In this document: one piece after another, positions 18,787-27,829 of the stretch
How positions within the stretch are numbered: position 1 is the first letter of the stretch
Layout: each line of letters opens with the position of its first letter
NCBI GenBank assembly: GCA_965204725.1
Contig: OZ242005.1
Span: 992,001-1,056,000 of the forward strand
From: Candidatus Latescibacterota bacterium
Lineage (GTDB): Bacteria > Latescibacterota > UBA2968 > UBA8231
DNA: 64,000 nucleotides
Direction of reading: 5' to 3'
Position numbers and translations under genes: made by a program
Notes under the pieces: generated by a model
What the model was told of the DNA's origin: nothing
What the model saw: the letters and a program-made list of their open reading frames with translations, nothing else
Databases searched by the model: none

Positions 18787-19986
18787 ATGCCCGTTCTAAT
18801 TAAAGACGTTCAAGTCATTCTCACCCAACCGGCCGGCTCCCGCTTGGTCATCGTCAAGATCATCACTTCGGACGACGGCTTGTACGGACTCGGTTGCGCG
18901 ACCTTTACCCAGCGCTTCCACGCCGTGCATGCCGCCATTGACCAGCACCTCAAGCCCTTCCTCATCGGCCGGGAGGTCGATCGCATTGAGGAGACTTGGC
19001 AGATGTTGATGGTCAACGGCTATTGGCGCAACGGCCCGGTCCTCAACAACGCCATCTCTGGAGTGGATCAGGCGCTGTGGGACATCAAGGGCAAGCAGGC
19101 CGGGATGCCGCTCTATCAGCTCTTGGGCGGCAAGTGCCGCGAGGGGGCCGCGGTATACGGCCACGCGGGTGGCGACACCCCCGAGGCCGTCGTCGATAGC
19201 ATCCGCCAGTTCCAAGCGCAGGGCTACCGCTACATCCGCTGCCAGATGGGCGGGTACGGCGGCAAGGCATCGACCTTGGTCAAACCCGAGGGCGCGCCCG
19301 AAGGCGCGTATTACAATCGCAAAGAGTACATGATGAACCACCTGCGGATGTTCGAGCACATCCGCGCCGAACTGGGCTTTGAGGTCGAGCTGCTGCACGA
19401 CATCCACGAGCGGCTACACCCGATTGAGGCGGTAGGTTTTGCCAAGGATGTGGAGGAGTTCAAGCTGTTCTTCCTAGAGGACGCGCTCGCGCCCGAAGAC
19501 ATCGAGTGGTTCCGCCACATCCGCCAGCAGTGCGCGACGCCCCAAGCCATGGGCGAGTTGTTCAACCATCCGCACGAGTGGACGCCGCTCATCGAGGGGC
19601 GCTTAATCGACTTTATGCGCATGCACGTCAGCCAGATGGGCGGGATTACGCCGGCGCGCAATGTGGCGGCCTTCGGGCAGATGTACGGGGTGCGCACGGC
19701 TTGGCACGGGCCGGGCGACACCTCGCCGGTGGGGCACGCGGCCAACCTGCACTTGGACCTGTGGGCCCCCAACTTCGGGATCCAAGAGTGGTGCCGGTTT
19801 CCAGAGCACGTGTACGAGATATTTCCGGGGCTGCCCGAGGTGCGCAACGGGTACATGTATCCGAGCGATGGACCGGGGTTGGGCATTGACATCGACGAGG
19901 GTTTGGCGGCCCAATATCCTTGTGCGGACGAGGTCATTGGGTGGACGCAGACGCGCTTGCCCGACGGCAGCCCGGCCCGGCCCTAA
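18787..19986 (+). CDS. Enolase-superfamily sugar-acid dehydratase (RspA/mannonate dehydratase-like)
   Basis: YWRNGPV, ALWDIKGK, PLYQLLGG, HDIHERL, FLED, GELF, HGPGDTSPVG; AAGGAGG RBS; TTGACA at 18723. Confidence 0.9.
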   Translation: MPVLIKDVQVILTQPAGSRLVIVKIITSDDGLYGLGCATFTQRFHAVHAAIDQHLKPFLIGREVDRIEETWQMLMVNGYWRNGPVLNNAISGVDQALWDIKGKQAGMPLYQLLGGKCREGAAVYGHAGGDTPEAVVDSIRQFQAQGYRYIRCQMGGYGGKASTLVKPEGAPEGAYYNRKEYMMNHLRMFEHIRAELGFEVELLHDIHERLHPIEAVGFAKDVEEFKLFFLEDALAPEDIEWFRHIRQQCATPQAMGELFNHPHEWTPLIEGRLIDFMRMHVSQMGGITPARNVAAFGQMYGVRTAWHGPGDTSPVGHAANLHLDLWAPNFGIQEWCRFPEHVYEIFPGLPEVRNGYMYPSDGPGLGIDIDEGLAAQYPCADEVIGWTQTRLPDGSPARP

Positions 19987-19987
19987 G

Positions 19988-21199
19988 ATGAAAATCCTAG
20001 TTTCCAATCTCGGCAGCACCTCGTTTAAGTACAAGGTCTTTGCCATGCCCGAAGAAGTGGTCTTGGCGCGGGGCGGCATAGACCGGATCGGCGGCCAAGG
20101 CTCGGTTCACACCTTCCAGATCGGCGGGGCCGACGAGGTTGAGCGGGCCGTGGACTTGCCCGACCACGCCGGCGCGATTGACGAGGCCCTCGCCCGCTTG
20201 GCCGAGGGCGGGGTGTTGGGGTCTGTGGAGGCGCTCGACGCGGTGGGGTTTAAGGCCGTCCACGCCCGCGCTATCTCCGGGGTGGTCGAATTCGACGAGG
20301 ACGTGGTCGGGCGGATGGAGGATTTTTATCCGCTGGCGCCGGCGCACAATCCCGCTTATGTCGCGGCGATCCGGCAGTTTGCGCGGGTGGTTCCCACGGC
20401 GCGGCGGGTCGGGTGCTTTGAGACGGCGTTCCACGGCGCGATGCCGCAGCGGCGCAAAATGTACGCCGTGCCCTACGCTTGGTACGAACAGTACGGCATC
20501 CAGCGCTACGGCTTCCACGGGGCCAGCCACCGCTACGCCGCTGAGAAGGTCGCCGAACTGACGGGCCGCGCCGATCTCAAACACGTGAACATGCACTTGG
20601 GCGGCTCCTCGTCGCTGTGCGCGATAAAGGCCGGGGTTTCGCAGGGGGCGTCGCACGGGCTTAGCCCGCAGGGCGGCCTGCCGCAAAACAACCGCATTGG
20701 CGACTTGGATCCTTATGCGCTGGACTTGGTGATGCGCAACGAGGGCCGGCTGTGGGACGAGGTGTTGGCGCAGTGTGCCAGCGAGGGCGGCTTGGTGGGG
20801 CTTTGCGGGCACAGCGACATGCGCGACATTGAAGCGGGCGCGGCAAGCGGTGACGAGCGTTGTGCGTTGGCTATTGCCGTGCTGGCGACGTCGGCGCGCG
20901 ACTGGCTGGGGGCTTTTGTGGTGGAGATGGGCGGGCTGGACGCGATCAGCTTTACCGGCGGCATTGGCGAGTACTCGGCGGTCGTGCGCGGCGAAATCCT
21001 GCGCGACTTGGAATTTTTGGGGGTGGTGATGGATGCGGCCAAAAACGAGAATGTCCGGGGCGAGGGCCGCCTACACTCGGCGGCGAGCCGCGTGCAAATC
21101 CACGCGCTACGCACCGACGAGGAGCTGGTGGTGGCGCGGCAGACGTGGGAGTTTGTGCGGGGAGACGGGGGAAGCGTAGCAGAAGTTGCTACAAGGTAA
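19988..21199 (+). CDS. ackA: Acetate/propionate kinase family protein
   Basis: NLGSTSFK, LAPAHNP, FETAFH, RYGFHGASH, HLGGSSS, FTGGIGE, TDEE. Confidence 0.85.
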   Translation: MKILVSNLGSTSFKYKVFAMPEEVVLARGGIDRIGGQGSVHTFQIGGADEVERAVDLPDHAGAIDEALARLAEGGVLGSVEALDAVGFKAVHARAISGVVEFDEDVVGRMEDFYPLAPAHNPAYVAAIRQFARVVPTARRVGCFETAFHGAMPQRRKMYAVPYAWYEQYGIQRYGFHGASHRYAAEKVAELTGRADLKHVNMHLGGSSSLCAIKAGVSQGASHGLSPQGGLPQNNRIGDLDPYALDLVMRNEGRLWDEVLAQCASEGGLVGLCGHSDMRDIEAGAASGDERCALAIAVLATSARDWLGAFVVEMGGLDAISFTGGIGEYSAVVRGEILRDLEFLGVVMDAAKNENVRGEGRLHSAASRVQIHALRTDEELVVARQTWEFVRGDGGSVAEVATR

Positions 21200-21212
21200 A
21201 GGAGGTGCGCTC

Positions 21213-21707
21213 GTGAAGCTGAAATCTGTGGAGATTGAAAACTACCGCGCCATTGAGAAACTCTCATTGACGCTCGACCCGTCGCTGACGGTATTGCACG
21301 GCGACAATGGGTACGGCAAGACGAGCGTTTTGAGCGCGATTGCGGTAGGGTTGGGGAGTAGGGATATATTCGGACCATTTCTCGATACATTCATTGATTT
21401 TTGCGAGGAGGATTGGCGCGAGGACGCCGGGAAGCCGCGGGTATTGCTCACTGACATGAACGGAAAGCCTTGGGAACGACAAGGGACTAGGTCGGTGGTT
21501 GAGCGGGAGAAGAGAGAGCAAAGTGTGGTTGTCCGATCGGGAATATCAGGAGAAGATATTGGAACGATCGGTCGTACTTCGGCCCACTCGCCGAGCGCGT
21601 CCTCGCACAACAGCCGCAAGGGTGGATATGAAGGATGCCCTCATAGTCAACGCAGGCGACCGATTGCCGCGCTGACAGTACGCAAAAACCATATACGAAG
21701 GATATAA
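21213..21707 (+). pseudogene. Truncated AAA (SMC/AbiEii/OLD-like) ATPase, N-terminal fragment
   Basis: AAAGGAGG RBS; VKLKSVEIENYRAI, Walker A GDNGYGKT; no signature motif or Walker B; tail looks non-coding. Confidence 0.65.
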
Positions 21708-21711
21708 CCTC

Positions 21712-22428
21712 ATGTTCGGAATCATTCGCAACCCGTCCGGCGAAGTGCTGGACTACACTTTTCACGCCGGCGCGGAGGGATCACGGCACATCGCTGTCTT
21801 GGGGCACGGGGTGACCGGCAACAAGGACCGCCCGTTTGTCGTAGCACTGGCCGAGGGATTGGCGGTCGCTGGCATCCACGCGCTGCGCTTTTCCTTTGCT
21901 GGCAACGGCGCGTCTGAGGGCCGCTTTGCCGACGCGACCCTCTCCAAAGAGGTCGCAGATCTCGGCTCGGTTCTCAGTGCCTTGGACGGCTACTCGGTCT
22001 GCTATGTCGGCCACAGCATGGGGGGCGCGGTCGGCGTCTTGAGCCGCGACGAGCGCATCCGCCTGCTCGTCTCCTTGGCGGGCATGGTGCATACGCGCGC
22101 CTTTGCCGAGCGCGAGTTCGGCGCGGAGGTCCCCGATGAAGGCTGCATGTGGGACGACCCAGCCTGCCCGCTCTCGCAAGCGTACATGGACGACATGGCT
22201 CAGATCGACACCGTGGTCGAGCGCGGGGCCGAAATCGCCGTGCCTTGGCTGCTGATTCACGGTCGCGAGGACGACGTGGTGCCGATTGCCGACTCGCACG
22301 ACATCCTCGCCCGCGCCGGCGACAACGCCGAACTCGTCGTCATCAACGGGGCCGACCACGTCTTTAGCGAGCAGGTGCCGGCGATGGTCGAAACGGTGGT
22401 TGGCTGGCTACAAAGGCAGTGGGCATGA
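21712..22428 (+). CDS. Alpha/beta hydrolase
   Basis: HGVTG, FAGNGASEG, GHSMGG nucleophile elbow, IHGREDDVV, GADH. Confidence 0.9.
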   Translation: MFGIIRNPSGEVLDYTFHAGAEGSRHIAVLGHGVTGNKDRPFVVALAEGLAVAGIHALRFSFAGNGASEGRFADATLSKEVADLGSVLSALDGYSVCYVGHSMGGAVGVLSRDERIRLLVSLAGMVHTRAFAEREFGAEVPDEGCMWDDPACPLSQAYMDDMAQIDTVVERGAEIAVPWLLIHGREDDVVPIADSHDILARAGDNAELVVINGADHVFSEQVPAMVETVVGWLQRQWA

Positions 22429-22510
22429 GCCGCGCCCGTCCCGCCCGTCTGTTCCTATCTTTAAGACGCCCGGCAATTCCGCTGGCTGGGTGCGCTTTTC
22501 CAACGAAGCC

Positions 22511-25396
22511 ATGCAAAAGAAAACCCCGAGTCGCCTGAGTGCGCGCCAGCAACGGGCTTTGCTGCTGGTGGTGGCCTTGGGCGTCTTCATGGTCGCCGAT
22601 ACGCTCTATTTGCTGACCAACCGGCTGGCCGACGCCCTCGATTTTGCCTATTTCGCCGTCACCGACATCTCGCTGCCCAAGTTTTACCAAGGCATGGTGC
22701 TGTCGCACACGGGCGTCGGGCTGGTGCTGGTGGTCTTGGCGATGGGCTTTGTGGCTTGGCATTTACCGGCCGTTTGGCGCAAAAGCCGCAAGCGGGCCAT
22801 CTACACTGGCATCGCCACCCTGACGCTGGGCATCGTCTTGGCCGTCAGCGGGTTGTTCATCCTCAGCGCGGCGAGCAACCGCGGCAACCCGGTGGCCTAT
22901 TGGAGCCACGTGGCCGCGGCGGTTTTGGTTCCCCTCTTTTACTTGGCACACCGCCGCCTCTCGCTGTGGAAGCCGGCCGCGCGGACCTATCGCGTCGTGC
23001 CCTTAGCGGTGGTCGGGCTGCTCGCGCTCGCCGTGGTGCTACACGGGGTGACCTATCGCGGCGAGCAGTACACGTCGGCGGCCGAGCAGGCCTTTGCCGC
23101 TGGCAAGCACACCGGCCCGGGCGCCAAGGCGCGGCAGGTTGCCGACTACGCGCCGGCCGACTTTGTCCCCGCCAATTTCGTCCCGGCCGAAAGCCCCTTT
23201 TTCCCGGCCGCTACGACGACGACCACCGGCGACGTGCTGCCCTCGCGGATCATCACGCGCGGCGATCTGTCGCAGCCGGAGAAACTCGCTGGGGACCTCG
23301 ACGAGTATGGCTTTGTGGTCAACGAGCCAATCGGCTCGGAGACGTGTGCCCGCTGTCACGCGGCCATCGTCGAGCAATGGGCGACGTCCGCGCACCGCTT
23401 TGCCTCGTTCAACAACCCCTTCTACGAGGCGACGATCAACCACATGCGCCGCAACTCGACGGAGAGCAATGCAGAGGTCGCCGCCCACATCGCCTATTAC
23501 GAAGACGAAGGCTTGGAGGGCGAGGAGGGCAAAGTCAAGTCCAAGTGGTGTTCGGGGTGCCACGATCCGGCGCTGATGCTGGCCGGCAAAATGACCGAAG
23601 TGATCGACCGCGCCTCCCCCCAAGCCCAAGCGGGACTGACCTGCCTAAGCTGCCACGCCATCGACGCAATTCACGACCAGACTGGCAACGGCAATTACAA
23701 CATCGCCGACGAGCAGGAGGATCCCTATCTGTTCGCCGAGGCCAAAGAAGGCGCGGGCCGCTTCTTGCACGACACTGCGCTGAAGGCGCGGCCCATCGTC
23801 CACAAGAAGCAGATGCTCAAGCCCTTCTTCCGCACCTCTGAATTTTGCGCCACCTGCCACAAGGTCAGCCTCGACGCGCGCGTCAATGGCTACCGCTGGC
23901 TGCGCGGCCAAGACGAATACGACAATTGGCACGACAGCGGCGTGGCGCTCAACGCTTCTAGAACCTTCTACCTGCCGGCCGCCAAGCAAGTCTGCCAAGA
24001 CTGCCACATGCCGCTGGAGGAAGCGGTCGCCGGCGACGTGTCGGCGCGGGATGGGTACGTCAAGTCGCACCGCTTTTTGGCGGTCAATACGGCCCTGCCT
24101 TACATCCGCGGCGACGAGGAAACCATCGCGCGGATCGAGAAATTTCTGCAAGACGAAAAACTCAGCGTCGATGTGTTCGCGCTACGCCACCAAAGCGCGG
24201 CGCACTACGCGCTGGATAAGAGCCAGCCCGCGCTGGTGCCCGGCGGCGAGTACGCCTTCGACGTGGTGGTGCGCAACAAGGGCGTCGGGCACACCTTCCC
24301 GGGCGGGACCAACGATTCCAACGAGGGCTGGCTAGAGGTCTCGGTGGTGGGCGACGATGGCGCGGTGCTCGCGTTGAACGGGGCGGTGCAAGACGACGGG
24401 CACGTCGATGTAGAGGCGCACTTTTACAAGGCGCTGATGGTCGATGCAAGCGGCCAAGCCATCCATCGGCGCAACGCCCAAGACATTGTCACCGCCGTGT
24501 ACGTCCGCACCATTGGCCCGGGTGCGGCGGACGTGGCCCACTACAGTTTTCGGGTGCCCGCCGATTACGCGGGAAGCAAGCTGACGCTGCGGGCGCGGCT
24601 GTTGTGGCGCAAGTTCGACCGCGCTTATACGGAATTTGCCTTCCACAGCAACCGCGCCGGGTTCCGCCGCTTCGACCAAGTGCCGGAGTTGCCGGTGACG
24701 GAGATCGCCCGCAGCGAGGTGGAACTGGCGGTGGGGACAGCGTCCGCAACGGGTGCTCCCGATGCGGCGGACTGGACGCGCTTCAACGACTACGGCATTG
24801 GCTTGCTGCTCCAAGACGATACCCAAGGGGCCGCCCGGGCCTTTGCGACGGTGGAACAGCTCGCACCCGAGCGCTTGGATGGCTGCCGCAACTTGGCTCG
24901 GGTGGCCGTGCGCGACGGCCACTTGGAGCGAGCCTACGAGCATTTGCAGGACTGCGAGGCGTTGGCGAGCGGCGACGGGCAGACGGCGTGGGTCTGGGGC
25001 GTGGTGTTGCAAGAGGACGGTCGCTACGAGGCCGCGGCCCAGGCGTATCGCCGGGTGTTGCGCGACTTTCCCGAGGATCGGGCGGCGTGGCGCAACTTGG
25101 GCCGGGTGCTCTATCTCGATGGCCGCAACGAGGAGGCTTTGGCCGCTCTTGACAGCGTGTTGGTCATTGATCCAGAAGATCGCGTCGCGCACTACCACCG
25201 GATGCTCTCGTTGCGCGCCCTAGGCCGCGAGGACGAAGCCCTCGTCGCTGAGCAGGCGTACCAGTACTACCAGATTGACGAGTCGGCGCAAGAGCTGACG
25301 CGCCGCTACCGGCTAGCGCACCCGCACGACAACCGCGAGGCGCTCAAAATCCACGTTCATCCGCTGGGGGAAGGGGGTTCGGAGGGGGACCGTTGA
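22511..25396 (+). CDS. Membrane-anchored multiheme c-type cytochrome with C-terminal TPR repeats
   Basis: About 5 N-terminal TM segments; five CxxCH (CARCH, CSGCH, CLSCH, CATCH, CQDCH); GHTFPGG; C-terminal TPRs. Confidence 0.85.
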   Translation: MQKKTPSRLSARQQRALLLVVALGVFMVADTLYLLTNRLADALDFAYFAVTDISLPKFYQGMVLSHTGVGLVLVVLAMGFVAWHLPAVWRKSRKRAIYTGIATLTLGIVLAVSGLFILSAASNRGNPVAYWSHVAAAVLVPLFYLAHRRLSLWKPAARTYRVVPLAVVGLLALAVVLHGVTYRGEQYTSAAEQAFAAGKHTGPGAKARQVADYAPADFVPANFVPAESPFFPAATTTTTGDVLPSRIITRGDLSQPEKLAGDLDEYGFVVNEPIGSETCARCHAAIVEQWATSAHRFASFNNPFYEATINHMRRNSTESNAEVAAHIAYYEDEGLEGEEGKVKSKWCSGCHDPALMLAGKMTEVIDRASPQAQAGLTCLSCHAIDAIHDQTGNGNYNIADEQEDPYLFAEAKEGAGRFLHDTALKARPIVHKKQMLKPFFRTSEFCATCHKVSLDARVNGYRWLRGQDEYDNWHDSGVALNASRTFYLPAAKQVCQDCHMPLEEAVAGDVSARDGYVKSHRFLAVNTALPYIRGDEETIARIEKFLQDEKLSVDVFALRHQSAAHYALDKSQPALVPGGEYAFDVVVRNKGVGHTFPGGTNDSNEGWLEVSVVGDDGAVLALNGAVQDDGHVDVEAHFYKALMVDASGQAIHRRNAQDIVTAVYVRTIGPGAADVAHYSFRVPADYAGSKLTLRARLLWRKFDRAYTEFAFHSNRAGFRRFDQVPELPVTEIARSEVELAVGTASATGAPDAADWTRFNDYGIGLLLQDDTQGAARAFATVEQLAPERLDGCRNLARVAVRDGHLERAYEHLQDCEALASGDGQTAWVWGVVLQEDGRYEAAAQAYRRVLRDFPEDRAAWRNLGRVLYLDGRNEEALAALDSVLVIDPEDRVAHYHRMLSLRALGREDEALVAEQAYQYYQIDESAQELTRRYRLAHPHDNREALKIHVHPLGEGGSEGDR

Positions 25397-25608
25397 GGGC
25401 GCACGTGGAGAATTTCCTCCATGCCGAGTGCCCGCACTTGGTCAGCCTCTAGGGTGAGGACAGCTTGGTTGGGAAACTCCACCTCGTACGCGACCCCGCC
25501 GCCGTGAATGAGGACCACGACTCCGACATCGCCGGCGATTAGCTCGGCTTCGGGTTGATCGGCCGTTAGGACCGCTTGCCGGTGTTCGGCTAAGGTATTC
25601 GTATTCAT
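25357..25608 (-). CDS. DUF4926-like small protein
   Basis: AGDVGVVVLIH...AYEVEF...ILHVR; AAGGAG RBS. Confidence 0.75.
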   Translation of the reverse strand: MNTNTLAEHRQAVLTADQPEAELIAGDVGVVVLIHGGGVAYEVEFPNQAVLTLEADQVRALGMEEILHVRPQRSPSEPPSPSG

Positions 25609-25611
25609 GGG

Positions 25612-25923
25612 CTAACTCCTTTGTGGAACGGCTGTTACAAAACGCAGTGCGGTCTCGCCTTGGCGGATAAACCACACGGTGCGTACATGGAAGAGGCCGT
25701 ATGAAGGGGTGTCAATATACCCAAGGATAATGTATTTGGTGCCGTACTCAGTTGCAATGCGTTCAGCAAGCGGTTGCGTCGCGGCGATGACTAGCAGACC
25801 TCTGCGTAAATGTTCGACATTGTGGTCGCCATAGCCCAGTATGGCGAATAGATCGCGCTTGCTGCGGTTGTGCAACAGATAAGCCAATTTTGCATCGGCG
25901 ATATAGGCTTCTTTGCGGTTCAT
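25612..25923 (-). CDS. DUF6883-like protein
   Basis: AYIADAKLAYLL...SK...F...GY, TEYGTKY, VRTVWFI...RFVTA; paired with the DUF4926-like gene. Confidence 0.65.
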   Translation of the reverse strand: MNRKEAYIADAKLAYLLHNRSKRDLFAILGYGDHNVEHLRRGLLVIAATQPLAERIATEYGTKYIILGYIDTPSYGLFHVRTVWFIRQGETALRFVTAVPQRS

Positions 25924-26053
25924 ATCGAGCTAGGCCGATTGCATTCTTTTAGGGTGTCGGTTACTCTAGCAAACACCTGTGTATCAACCTTTCACATTGC
26001 AGGGCTTGAAGGAAAGAGTATGACGAAGAAGTACACCATAGGGTGCAAATTGT

Positions 26054-27823
26054 ATGCCAACGTCTCCTAGCGCGATCTGGCGACTGGGGGTCGGCGCGTT
26101 GCTGTGGGCCGCCTGCGGGCCGGAAGAGCCTTCGGCACCGGTGCCCGCGCCCGAGTACGCCAAAGCACCGTCGGCCGAATACGCGGTGGGGCGCGGGCGG
26201 AAAGAGGCCCCGGCCGTGCGCTTCGTGGATGTGACGCAGGAGGCGGGTCTTGAATTTGAGCACGAGACCGGGGCGCGCGGCGACAAGTGGATGCCAGAAA
26301 CCATGGGCAGCGGCTGCGCGCTCTTCGACTACGATGGGGACGGCTGGCTCGACGTGTTCTTGGTCAACAGCGAAGGCTGGCGCGGCGAAAAGACCCCCGG
26401 CAAGCTCTACCGCAACCTCGGCAACGGCACCTTTGCCGACGCAACGGCCCGCACGGGCCTAGACTTTTCAGTCTATGGCATGGGCGCGACGATTGCCGAC
26501 TACGACGCCGATGACGACCCGGATATATACCTGACGACCTTGGGGCCGAACTTGCTCTTGCGCAACGACGCGGGTCGCTTTGTCGATGTGGCGCGGGAAG
26601 CGGGCGTGGCCGGCGCGGTCTGGCGCGACGACGCCGGTCACGAGAGTCCCGAGTGGTCAACGGGCGCGGCTTGGGTGGATGTGGATGGAGATGGCTGGCT
26701 GGATTTGTTGGTCACCAACTACGTGCGCTGGTCGCCCAGCACCGACATATACACCACGCTCGACGGCAGGGAAAAGTCCTACGCCACGCCCCAGCAGTAC
26801 CCCGGCTCAACGCCCCGGCTCTATCGGAATCTGGGCGAGGGCCGCTTCCGGGAGATAACCCAAGAAGCGGGCCTGCTGTTGCCCGAAGGCAAGTCCATGG
26901 GCGTAGCCATGACCGACTTTGATGACGACGGCCGCATCGACTTGGTCGTCACCAACGACACCCAGCCCAATTTCCTATTGCACAACTTAGGTGGGGGCCG
27001 CTTTGCGGAGCGGGGGCTCGCCGCGGGCATTGGCTACGACGAAACCGGCCGGGCGCGTGCTGGGATGGGCGTAGATATTGCCTCGGTTGCCAACGACGGC
27101 GTGCTTTCCATCGCCATTGGCAACTTCAGCCGCGAGGCGCTCTCGCTCTACAGCCAAGCCGGCGGCGCGGTCTTCGTCGATGCTGCGGGCCGAGCGCGGC
27201 TGATGCAGGCGACGCTGCGGCCGCTGACCTTTGGGCTGCGCTTTTTCGACTGCGATCTCGACGGCTATCAGGACCTAATCTTGGCCAATGGACACATCGA
27301 GCCAGAAATCAACTCGACGCAGAAGGAAATCGAGTACCAGCAGACGCCGCAGTTGTTTTGGAACGATGGCGACGGGCGGATGGTCGAGGTGTCCGAGCAG
27401 GCGGGCGGACTGTTCCGCAAGCCGCTGGTGGCGCGCGGGCTGGCGGTCGGCGATATCGACGCCGACCACGACTTGGATGTGCTGCTGACGACCAATGGCG
27501 GTCCGGCCTATCTATTGCGCAACGAAGGGCCGACCGGCCGCGCGGTGGCACTCGACCTGACGGGCAAGGCGCCCAACCGAGACGCCATCGGCGCCAAGGT
27601 GACCGCGCAGGTGGGCGAGCAGACGCAGGTCTTTATGGTGCGCACGGGGTCTTCCTATCTGAGCCACAGCCCTGCTACGCTGACCGTTGGCTTGGGCGAG
27701 GCCGAGCAGATTGACCGCTTGGAGATTCGCTGGCCGGATGGGACGGTGGAAACCCTTGAACAGCTCGCGGCTGGGACGCGCTACGCAATCGCGCAGGGTG
27801 CGGGCATTGTGGAGGCTGAGTAG
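26054..27823 (+). CDS. CRTAC1-family lipoprotein (FG-GAP + ASPIC/UnbV)
   Basis: WAAC lipobox; PETMGSG; DxDGDGWLD repeats; NRDAIGAKV...SSYLS...GLG...IRWPDG. Confidence 0.92.
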   Translation: MPTSPSAIWRLGVGALLWAACGPEEPSAPVPAPEYAKAPSAEYAVGRGRKEAPAVRFVDVTQEAGLEFEHETGARGDKWMPETMGSGCALFDYDGDGWLDVFLVNSEGWRGEKTPGKLYRNLGNGTFADATARTGLDFSVYGMGATIADYDADDDPDIYLTTLGPNLLLRNDAGRFVDVAREAGVAGAVWRDDAGHESPEWSTGAAWVDVDGDGWLDLLVTNYVRWSPSTDIYTTLDGREKSYATPQQYPGSTPRLYRNLGEGRFREITQEAGLLLPEGKSMGVAMTDFDDDGRIDLVVTNDTQPNFLLHNLGGGRFAERGLAAGIGYDETGRARAGMGVDIASVANDGVLSIAIGNFSREALSLYSQAGGAVFVDAAGRARLMQATLRPLTFGLRFFDCDLDGYQDLILANGHIEPEINSTQKEIEYQQTPQLFWNDGDGRMVEVSEQAGGLFRKPLVARGLAVGDIDADHDLDVLLTTNGGPAYLLRNEGPTGRAVALDLTGKAPNRDAIGAKVTAQVGEQTQVFMVRTGSSYLSHSPATLTVGLGEAEQIDRLEIRWPDGTVETLEQLAAGTRYAIAQGAGIVEAE

Positions 27824-27829
27824 AACGGA

